Assembly: GCA_964533575.1 (NCBI GenBank)
Contig: CAZHMG010000003.1
Location: 10,276-74,275, forward strand
Source: an uncultured Thermoleophilia bacterium
Lineage (GTDB): Bacteria; Actinomycetota; Thermoleophilia; UBA2241
Direction of reading: 5' to 3'
Length of the DNA stretch: 64,000 nucleotides
Below are positions 57,100 through 64,000 of the stretch, piece by piece (position 1 is the stretch's first letter; each line of letters begins with the position of its first letter). Below the pieces are notes generated by a model, which was given only the letters and a program-made list of their open reading frames with translations, ran no database searches and was not told the origin of the DNA. The translations under genes were made by a program, and so were the position numbers.

Positions 57100-57852
57100 A
57101 TGCGACGCCTTATGACGGGACTGGAATCCGGGCGGGTTCTTGCTGTTCTTCTTCTCGTCAGCGCCGCCCTGTCTGGTTGTGCGCGGACCTCCGACGGGCC
57201 TTCCCCGATGCCGTCGCCGACGCCTGAAACATCGATGACGACACCGTCGATGATTCGTCTGCCTGCCCCCAGTCTGAGCGGATCACCGTCTGTCGAGGAG
57301 GCGCTTGCGGGCCGACGATCGGTGCGTGAATACGCCGCCGCATCGTTGACGATCGAGCAGCTCTCACAACTTCTCTGGTCCGCGCAGGGGATCACCGATC
57401 GCAGACACGGTCAACGGAGCGCCCCTTCAGCCGGGGCGCTCTACCCACTGGAGGTCTACGTGGCTGTCGAGCATGTGGACGGCCTGGCCATCGGTGTCTA
57501 TCGCTACGTCCCCCGGCAGCATGGCCTGCAGGTGGTCGTCGATCGCTCCGTTCGCGGGCAGTTGTTCCGCAACGCCCTCTCGCAGTCGGCGGTGGCTGAC
57601 GCGCCGGCCACGCTGGCGTTCGCCGCCGTCTTCGCGCGAACAACGCAGAAGTACGGCGAACGCGGGCGGCGCTACGTTTACATGGAGGTCGGTCACGCAG
57701 CGGAGAACGTTTATCTGCAGGCCACTGCTCTCGGGCTGGGGACAGTGGCCATCGGCGCCTTCGATGACGACTCGGTCAAACGCACGCTCGGCATGCGTGG
57801 TGACGAGGAGCCGCTCTACCTGATGCCGGTGGGCAGGCCGGCGTCGCAGTGA
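57100..57852 (+). CDS. SagB/ThcOx-type dehydrogenase domain (nitroreductase superfamily) lipoprotein
   Basis: A signal peptide with lipobox LSGCA and a Pro-rich linker are followed by ...EQLSQLLWSAQGITDRRHGQRSAPSAGALYPLEVYV...YVYMEVGHAAENVYLQATALGLGTVAIGAFDD. Confidence 0.75.
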   Translation: MRRLMTGLESGRVLAVLLLVSAALSGCARTSDGPSPMPSPTPETSMTTPSMIRLPAPSLSGSPSVEEALAGRRSVREYAAASLTIEQLSQLLWSAQGITDRRHGQRSAPSAGALYPLEVYVAVEHVDGLAIGVYRYVPRQHGLQVVVDRSVRGQLFRNALSQSAVADAPATLAFAAVFARTTQKYGERGRRYVYMEVGHAAENVYLQATALGLGTVAIGAFDDDSVKRTLGMRGDEEPLYLMPVGRPASQ

Positions 57853-58100
57853 CGCCGGCCGCTGATGTCGCATGCGCGCCGGGTCGCAGGAATGTGGGAT
57901 TGCGAGACACAGGCACCCCGCCAGTCGAGAGCGGCTGAGCAGTCGCTGAGGGGGTCGCCGGCAGAGCTGAAGCGACTCGGCATGGCCCCTTGACGCCCTG
58001 CGGCCGGCGGTCGGCCGCATTGGGCCAACTGCCTCACTTCGCGAGGCCGGCGACGAGGTATCCCGCAGGCATCATCGTCGGCGTGCGGTAAGCTGTCGTC

Positions 58101-59027
58101 GTGCGCCTCAAGCCCTCCTCTCCGCCATCGTACGCTGCCCTGGCTGTCGCCACTGTGGCGTTCGGCCTCTCCTTCGTGGCCATCAAGGTTGCCCTCCGCG
58201 GCTTCGAGCCGCTGCTCGGGGCGTTCCTTCGTTTCGCGCTGGCGGCCGTTCTTCTTTACGTTGCATGGCTCATCTTCGGCAGGCAAGAGCGGCGGATGAG
58301 ACGTGCGAGTCGGGCGGAGCTCGCACGTATGGCTTTGCTCGGCCTGGTCTCCCTGACCGTCTACATCAGCCTGGAGAACCTGGGGATCGCACGCACCAGC
58401 GCCGGCGTGGCCGCGGTGCTGGCCGGGGCGATCCCGATCTTCGTGATCGTCCTGAACGCCTTTACGCTGCACGAGGCCAACGGCGTTCGTCAGTGGGTGG
58501 GTGTCATCATCTCCTTCGTGGGCATCGTCGGTCTGGTCTGGTTCGGGGCGGGGATCGGAGGCGGCACGCTTCTCGGAAACATGCTGGTGCTGGGCGCCTC
58601 TCTCTCGGTCGCGGTCTACACCCTGATGGCACGCCGGTTCCTTGTTGAACGCTCGGCGCTCTATGTGACGACCTACCAGACGATATTCGGAGCGCTCCTC
58701 ATCATTCCGGCAGTGGTGGTGGAGGCGCTGATCCAGGGAGTGCGGGCGCCGACATGGCCTGCGGCCGGAGCAATCGTCTACCTGGCTATCGGCGCCTCGG
58801 CGCTCGGTTACCTGCTCTTCAACTACGCCTTGCGCTTCGTTTCGGCGAGCCGGGTGAGCGTCTTCGTGAATCTGACGCCTGTGGTCGGTATCGCAGCGGC
58901 CTACGCGCTGCTCGGGGAGCGTTTCACGCTTGCTCAGGCAATCGCGGCCGCCGTCGTCGGCGCGGGTGTATGGCTCGCCAACAGCGGCGGTCGTTGCCCG
59001 GGCACTGCCTGCCCGCCCACCGCCTGA
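58101..59027 (+). CDS. EamA family transporter (DMT superfamily), tandem copy 1
   Basis: 10-TM protein: AALAVATVAFGLSFVAIKVALRGFEPLLGAFLRFALAAVLL...SLENLGIARTSAGVAAVLAGAIPIFVIVLNAFTL... Confidence 0.8.
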   Translation: MRLKPSSPPSYAALAVATVAFGLSFVAIKVALRGFEPLLGAFLRFALAAVLLYVAWLIFGRQERRMRRASRAELARMALLGLVSLTVYISLENLGIARTSAGVAAVLAGAIPIFVIVLNAFTLHEANGVRQWVGVIISFVGIVGLVWFGAGIGGGTLLGNMLVLGASLSVAVYTLMARRFLVERSALYVTTYQTIFGALLIIPAVVVEALIQGVRAPTWPAAGAIVYLAIGASALGYLLFNYALRFVSASRVSVFVNLTPVVGIAAAYALLGERFTLAQAIAAAVVGAGVWLANSGGRCPGTACPPTA

Positions 59028-59032
59028 GTCTC

Positions 59033-59938
59033 GTGGAGCCACGCCCGCCCGCGTCAGCCTATGCTGCCCTCGGGGGCACGACGCTCGTCTTCGGCCTCTC
59101 GTTCGTGGGCACGAAGTACGCGCTGCGCGGCTTCGAGCCCCTCCTGCTGGCCACACTGCGCTTCACGCTGGCCGGCGTCATCCTGTGGATCGTCTGGCGG
59201 CTGATCGGCACTCGCGAGCACGCCACGCGCAGCGATCTCGCCCGCGTGGCGGTGCTCGGCTTCGTGTCGCTGACCGTGTACTTCGCTTTCGAGAACATGG
59301 GGATCGCGCGGACCAGCGCCAGCCAGGCCGCGATCCTCATGGCAGCCGTCCCGATCTTCGTCATCGTGCTCAACATCTTCACGCTGCGCGAGCGCAACAC
59401 GTCGCGTCAGTGGGCTGGAGTGGCCCTCTCGTTCGTGGGCATCGTCGGGCTCGTGGGGCTCGGCGGCGGCACCGGCGCGGGGACCCTCTCGGGCGATCTG
59501 TTGCTGCTGATCGCATGCGTCGCCGCGGCCGCTTACGCACTCATGGCCCGGCACATGCTGGTGAAACGCTCGGCGCTCTTTGTGACCGCTTTCCAGAACC
59601 TGTTCGGGGCGGTCTTCATGCTCCCTCTTGCCATCCTCGAGATGCTTCTCGTCGGCATGCGCCGGCCTGCTTGGGGCACAGTCGGCGCACTCGCCTACCT
59701 GACGCTGTTCTGTTCAGTGGCCGGCTACTGGCTGCTCAACTTCGCCCTCAGCCATGTGGAGGCGAGCAAGGCCAGCGTCTTCCTCAACCTCATCCCGGTC
59801 GTCGGGGTTGCCGGCGCGTACCTCCTGCTGGGCGAGCGGTTCACGCTGCCGCAGGCGGCCGCGTCCGGTGTCGTCGTGCTGGGGGTGTGGCTGACGAACA
59901 GCGGCCGTACCAGAGTCGCCGTCACGCCGGCCGCCTAG
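59033..59938 (+). CDS. EamA family transporter (DMT superfamily), tandem copy 2 (paralog of the upstream gene)
   Basis: AALGGTTLVFGLSFVGTKYALRGFEPLLLATLRFTLAGVILW...FENMGIARTSASQAAILMAAVPIFVIVLNIFTL... is colinear with copy 1 and about 55-60% identical. GTG is 6 nt after the copy-1 stop. Confidence 0.8.
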   Translation: MEPRPPASAYAALGGTTLVFGLSFVGTKYALRGFEPLLLATLRFTLAGVILWIVWRLIGTREHATRSDLARVAVLGFVSLTVYFAFENMGIARTSASQAAILMAAVPIFVIVLNIFTLRERNTSRQWAGVALSFVGIVGLVGLGGGTGAGTLSGDLLLLIACVAAAAYALMARHMLVKRSALFVTAFQNLFGAVFMLPLAILEMLLVGMRRPAWGTVGALAYLTLFCSVAGYWLLNFALSHVEASKASVFLNLIPVVGVAGAYLLLGERFTLPQAAASGVVVLGVWLTNSGRTRVAVTPAA

Positions 59939-60020
59939 CCCTGTCGTCGCTCGAGTCGTCTGGACAGGCAGCCGCGGGCTGGGGGATACTAGGCTGCGCC
60001 TTTGACGGCGTTGCGCAGCC

Positions 60021-60872
60021 ATGACTCGTTCTCTCACCGACATTCGCGATCTCGCCGCCCTGCCCATCGGCATGTTCGACTCAGGCATGGGTGGTCTCAC
60101 CGTGCTGCATCAGTGCCTCGTGGCCCTGCCTGACGAGGATTTCGTCTATGTCGGCGACACGGCGCGCTTCCCGTATGGCGAGAAGAGCCGCGACGAACTC
60201 GAGGCGTACGCGTCGCAGATCGCGGCGTTCCTCGAGCGGACCGGCGTCAAACTGCTCGTCGTGGCATGCTTCTCTGCGACGGCTGCGGCGCTGCCGGCCC
60301 TGCAGGAGCGCTTCGCGACACCGATCGTCGGCGTCGTCATGCCCGGGGCGCGAGCCGCGGTACAGAGCTCGCGCTATCGTCGCATCGGCGTCCTCGCCAC
60401 CGAGGCGACGGTGGCCAGCGGGAGCTACGTGCGTGCCATCCACGGCTTCGACGCCGCGGCGGAGGTTCACCAGCAGGCCTGCCCTGGGCTCGCCTCGTTC
60501 ATTCAGGAAGGGGATGTGGCCAGCCAGGAAGTGACAGACGCGGTGCGCCGCTTCACGACGCCGCTCAAGGAGAAGCGGCCGGACGTCGTCATCATGGGCT
60601 GTACCCACTATCCGCTGGTCGCGCCGATGCTGCAGCGTCACCTCGGCCGCGATGTCAGACTCGTCAATCCTGCCGTGGAGATCGCCCGTGAGGTTGGCGA
60701 CGTCCTCGATCGGCAGGGAATCGCACGCAACGACGACCGCGAAGGTGTCTACAGCTTCTACTGCACCGGCGACGTCGAGACCTTCCGCGCCGTCGGCGCC
60801 CGTTTCCTGCAGATGCCGCTCGGCGAGGTCCGGCAGGTGCCGCTCACGGAGCTCGAGGCGTTGCGGGCTTGA
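60021..60872 (+). CDS. murI: Glutamate racemase
   Basis: PIGMFDSGMGGLTVLHQCLVALPDEDFVYVGDTARFPYGEKS...VVACFSATAAAL...VIMGCTHYPLV carries both catalytic Cys motifs. Confidence 0.9.
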   Translation: MTRSLTDIRDLAALPIGMFDSGMGGLTVLHQCLVALPDEDFVYVGDTARFPYGEKSRDELEAYASQIAAFLERTGVKLLVVACFSATAAALPALQERFATPIVGVVMPGARAAVQSSRYRRIGVLATEATVASGSYVRAIHGFDAAAEVHQQACPGLASFIQEGDVASQEVTDAVRRFTTPLKEKRPDVVIMGCTHYPLVAPMLQRHLGRDVRLVNPAVEIAREVGDVLDRQGIARNDDREGVYSFYCTGDVETFRAVGARFLQMPLGEVRQVPLTELEALRA

Positions 60873-61351
60873 GCAGTCGTTACCTGGTACGCGCCGCCCT
60901 CTATGCCGCGTTGTATGCCGTGCTCACGCTGGCGCCGGGTCTCAATGCGCTGGCGTACGGCCAGCTCCAGTTCCGGCTCTCCGAGGCGCTCACCGTCCTG
61001 GCCTGCGTCGACCCCGCGGCCGTGCCGGGCCTCACCATCGGCACGGCTCTTGGCAATCTCAACAGCCCGATGCTCGTCGTGGACGTGCTCTTCGGGTCAC
61101 TGCTCACGTTGCTTGCCGTTTCGCTGATGCAACGCATAGGGCCGCGGTTCATCGCCCTCGTCGTTCCGGTGATCGTCAACGGCTTGGGCGTCGCCGCCAT
61201 GCTGGCGATCATGCTCGAACTGCCGTTCTGGGCCAGCGCCGTGTGGGTCGGCGCGGGCGAGGCGGCGGTCATGGCGACCGCCGGGGCCGCGCTCCTCGTC
61301 GTCGTCCGCCAGCGCCGCGAGTTGTTCGAACTCACCAGACCAGCCGCATGA
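60869..61351 (+). CDS. Small polytopic membrane protein, possibly QueT/ECF S-component-like transporter
   Basis: 160-aa protein with 4-5 TM helices. Its start overlaps the murI stop (ATGA). The family assignment is tentative, from memory of QueT-like sequences. Confidence 0.4.
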   Translation: MSSRYLVRAALYAALYAVLTLAPGLNALAYGQLQFRLSEALTVLACVDPAAVPGLTIGTALGNLNSPMLVVDVLFGSLLTLLAVSLMQRIGPRFIALVVPVIVNGLGVAAMLAIMLELPFWASAVWVGAGEAAVMATAGAALLVVVRQRRELFELTRPAA

Positions 61352-61391
61352 GCGCGGCGCAGACACCGCAGCGCGGGCGAGGAGGACCAGT

Positions 61392-62117
61392 GTGAGAACA
61401 GGACGCGGACCAGCAGAATTGCGCCCGGTGCGCATCATCCCGAATGTGTCGAAGTTCGCTTCGGGATCCGCCCGCATCGAACTCGGCGATACGCATGTGC
61501 TGTGCACTGCGTCCGTCAGCGACGGAGTGCCCGGCTGGCTGCGGGGGTCGGGGCAGGGATGGCTCACGGCCGAGTACAGCATGCTGCCGGCGGCCACGCC
61601 CACACGTACGCCGCGCGAGGCTGTTCGCGGCCGCCAGGGCGGCCGCACGATGGAGATCCAGCGCCTCATCGGACGCAGCCTGCGTTCCATCGTCGATCTT
61701 CGCATCATCGGCGAGCGTACGATCGCGGTCGACTGCGACGTCATCCAGGCGGATGGCGGCACGCGAACCGCAAGTATCTCGGGCGCCTACGTGGCGGTGT
61801 ACGAGGCCGCCCTCAAGATCGAGCAGATGCTGGGGCTCAACGAGATACCGCTGTTCGACTCGATCGCCGCCATCAGCGTCGGCATGGCAGAGGGACAGGC
61901 GCTGCTCGACCTGGACTATCAGGAAGATGTCTCGGCAAGCGTCGACATGAACGTGGTCATGACCGGCGACGGCCGTCTCGTGGAAGTCCAGGCGACCGCT
62001 GAGGGGGAGCCGTACGACCGCGTCATGCTGGACGCGATGCTCGACCTGGCCGCCGAGGGCGCCTCCGCTCTGGCCGCCGCTCAGGCCGCGGCCGTTGCCG
62101 TCCTTCGCCAGAGTTGA
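61392..62117 (+). CDS. rph: Ribonuclease PH
   Basis: RTGRGPAELRPVRIIPNVSKFASGSARIELGDTHVLCTASV...GWLTAEYSMLPAATPTRTPREAVRGRQGGRTMEIQRLIGRSLRS...CDVIQADGGTRTASISGAYVA. Confidence 0.9.
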   Translation: MRTGRGPAELRPVRIIPNVSKFASGSARIELGDTHVLCTASVSDGVPGWLRGSGQGWLTAEYSMLPAATPTRTPREAVRGRQGGRTMEIQRLIGRSLRSIVDLRIIGERTIAVDCDVIQADGGTRTASISGAYVAVYEAALKIEQMLGLNEIPLFDSIAAISVGMAEGQALLDLDYQEDVSASVDMNVVMTGDGRLVEVQATAEGEPYDRVMLDAMLDLAAEGASALAAAQAAAVAVLRQS

Positions 62118-62118
62118 C

Positions 62119-62739
62119 ATGCGCTTCGTTCTGGCAACGGGCAACGCCCACAAGCTGAGCGAGTTTCGCCAGATTCTGGCTCCGAGCGATGTTCTGGCGA
62201 TGCCTGAGGGGCTCACACTGCCGCCGGAAGGCGTCGTCTCGTTCGCGGCGAACGCTCGCGGCAAGGCGGTGGCGCTTGCGCTGGCGCTGCGCAAGCGCGG
62301 TGAGGCAGATGGCATGTGGTGCCTGGGCGACGATTCGGGCCTGGAGGTCGAAGCGCTCGGATGGGCGCCGGGTGTGTCGAGCGCCCGCTACGCGGGCGTC
62401 GACGGACCCGGCGCCGACGCCGCCAACGTGGCGCGGCTTCTGCGCGAGATGGCCGGCTTCGCCGGCCCGCACGCGCGCCGCGCCCGCTTCGTGTGCTCTT
62501 TGTGCGCCATCGCCCCCGACGGCCGTGAGCTCGCAGTGGAGGGTTCTTGGTGGGGGGCGATCGTCGACGAGCCACGGGGTTCAGGCGGCTTCGGATACGA
62601 CCCCGTCTTTCTGCCCGACGGATCGGAGCTCACGGTGGCTCAATGGACGGCGCCGGAGAAGGATCGCGCCAGTCATCGCGCGCGAGCCGGGAGGGCCCTC
62701 CTGGAGCGCCTGCGGCAGGAGGGTGTGCCCGGCGCCTGA
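62119..62739 (+). CDS. rdgB: RdgB/HAM1 family non-canonical purine NTP pyrophosphatase
   Basis: MRFVLATGNAHKLSEFRQILAP...GDDSGLEVEAL...FGYDPVFLPDGSELTVAQWTAPEKDRASHRARA. ATG lies 1 nt after the rph stop. Confidence 0.85.
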   Translation: MRFVLATGNAHKLSEFRQILAPSDVLAMPEGLTLPPEGVVSFAANARGKAVALALALRKRGEADGMWCLGDDSGLEVEALGWAPGVSSARYAGVDGPGADAANVARLLREMAGFAGPHARRARFVCSLCAIAPDGRELAVEGSWWGAIVDEPRGSGGFGYDPVFLPDGSELTVAQWTAPEKDRASHRARAGRALLERLRQEGVPGA

Positions 62740-62743
62740 TGCG

Positions 62744-64000
62744 CTACTTCAGGCGGAGCACCAGCACCTCGAGGTCGTCGCGCAGCGTCCCGCAGAATGC
62801 CTGCGCGGCGTCTCGCACGCCTTGGGCCACCTGGTCTGCCGGCCGCTCCGCAAGGGTACGCAGGCTCGAGAGCAACCCGCTCTCGCCGAAGAGCCGGGTG
62901 CCGCAGCGCGCCTCGGTGACGCCGTCCGTGTACAGCACGAGTGCGTCATCCCGGTCCAAGGTGAAACGGAACGCCCGGTAGTCGCCGGGCAAGCCTCCCA
63001 GCGGCAGGCCGTACTCGGGGTTGATGGTGGTCACGGAGCCGGCGTGGATGTGAGCTGGCCCGGGATGCCCCGCGCTGGCCATGGTCACCTCGCCGTTCGT
63101 GCAATCGATGACGAGCACGAGCGCCGTCACGAGCAGGTCCTCCTCCACATGGCGCGCAATGAGGAGCTCGTTCGTCTCGTGCAGGATGAAGGCGGGCTCG
63201 GGCTCGACGTGCGCGAAAGCGCGCAGGGTGCTGCGCACGGTCTCCGTCATGCCGGCGGCCGGGATTCCCTTGCCCGCGACATCACCGACGATCGCGACGA
63301 CGCGCTGTCCCGGCAGTTCGAAGAGATCCCAGAAATCGCCGCCGATGAGGCCGGGCTCCGAGGCGGGCGCCTCGACGAGGCCCACCTCGAGATCCGAGAG
63401 TTCGGGCAACTCGTGCAGGAAGCTCTGCTGCAGCGTCGTCGCGATTCGTTTCTCTGACTCGTACAGGGTCCGCAACTCCTCCTGGGCCCGTCGGCGCTCG
63501 GTGACGTCCTGCGACAGACCGATGAGACGGACCGGTGCGCCTTGAGCATCGTGCTCCACGCGACCGCGCTCGGAGAGCCAGCCTGTGTCTCCGTCCTCGC
63601 GCACGATGCGAAACTCGCTTTCGTAGAGGCCATCCCCGCGCTCGAGGGCCGCCCGGACATTCCCGAGGAAGAGCCCTCGGTCGTCCGGATGCACGTGCTC
63701 CAGGACAGACTCGAGCGTGACGGGGTGGTCTGATGGTGTGACGCCCAATGACGGCTCGGAAGAGACGAACCTGCGCACCTCGTTCCGTTGGACATCCCAT
63801 TCGAAAGAGATCAGGTATGCGGACTCGAGCGCGAGGCGCAGGCGCAGCTCGTTCTGCCGGAGCCTCTCTTCACTCCCCTTGAGCGCCTCCTCGGTGCTGC
63901 GGCGCTCCGTCATGTCGGTCACGGCGCCGCGCATCACGCGGTCCGCCTTGCCGGCGTCGAGGGAGTTGACGCTCTCCAGCCAGCGCACGCTCCCGTCGCG
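62744..64000 (-). CDS. PAS domain-containing PP2C (SpoIIE-type) Ser/Thr phosphatase, RsbU/RsbP-like (partial: N-terminus beyond right edge)
   Basis: The C-terminus IGGDFWDLFELPGQRVVAIVGDVAGKGIPAAGMTETVRS...YTDGVTEAR...LRLK is PP2C. PAS/PAC sequence (SFEWDVQRNEVRRFVS..., ...REDGDTGWLSERGRVEHDAQGAPVRLIGLSQDVTERRRAQEEL) lies upstream. The ORF is still open at the window end. Confidence 0.8.
   Translation of the reverse strand, partial: RDGSVRWLESVNSLDAGKADRVMRGAVTDMTERRSTEEALKGSEERLRQNELRLRLALESAYLISFEWDVQRNEVRRFVSSEPSLGVTPSDHPVTLESVLEHVHPDDRGLFLGNVRAALERGDGLYESEFRIVREDGDTGWLSERGRVEHDAQGAPVRLIGLSQDVTERRRAQEELRTLYESEKRIATTLQQSFLHELPELSDLEVGLVEAPASEPGLIGGDFWDLFELPGQRVVAIVGDVAGKGIPAAGMTETVRSTLRAFAHVEPEPAFILHETNELLIARHVEEDLLVTALVLVIDCTNGEVTMASAGHPGPAHIHAGSVTTINPEYGLPLGGLPGDYRAFRFTLDRDDALVLYTDGVTEARCGTRLFGESGLLSSLRTLAERPADQVAQGVRDAAQAFCGTLRDDLEVLVLRLK

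Noticed and set aside
60800-60900. preQ1 riboswitch upstream of the QueT-like gene
   Set aside because: The gene start overlaps the murI stop (ATGA), leaving no room for a leader. This also weakens the QueT assignment.

Overview
This is a high-GC (~70%) chromosomal window with strong Shine-Dalgarno sites and actinobacterial-type content: SepF, a GerMN lipoprotein, an F420-dependent reductase, Ku, and the ftsE-ftsX-M23-ctpA-rnr-smpB and murI-rph-rdgB syntenies. I called about 60 protein genes, one tRNA-Arg(CCG), and no rRNA or CRISPR. Most of the window is housekeeping: aquaporin Z, PPK2, an S9 peptidase, transketolase, a GH65 phosphorylase with a fused beta-PGM/T6P-phosphatase, an RpoD-family sigma factor, RNase R, SmpB, RNase PH, RdgB and glutamate racemase.

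The standout feature is an unusually dense set of partner-switching signalling proteins. Two giant paralogous proteins (about 1144 and 1705 aa) each carry an N-terminal RsbW-like anti-sigma kinase domain (HATPase_c_2), PAS and multiple GAF domains, and a C-terminal PP2C phosphatase. The first also has a hydrophobic block mid-protein. A stand-alone RsbW-like anti-sigma factor sits next to the second giant protein, and a third PAS-PP2C phosphatase runs off the right edge. No STAS anti-anti-sigma gene is visible.

Other findings:
- A bacterial type IB topoisomerase reads in frame, with no stop, into a hemerythrin domain that has its own perfect SD+ATG. It lies in a minus-strand cluster with Ku.
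- A 21-aa all-hydrophobic mini-ORF with a perfect SD sits upstream of the sigma-factor gene, followed by a 43-bp perfect palindrome.
- Two genes are broken by multiple frameshifts, a larB homologue and a membrane YbjQ-like gene; one frameshift sits in a C7 homopolymer. These are either genuine pseudogenes or assembly errors.
- EamA transporter genes are tandemly duplicated.
- Several AT-rich palindromic candidate operators and promoters are noted.

All calls come from reading the translated ORFs and the DNA; no database search was run.
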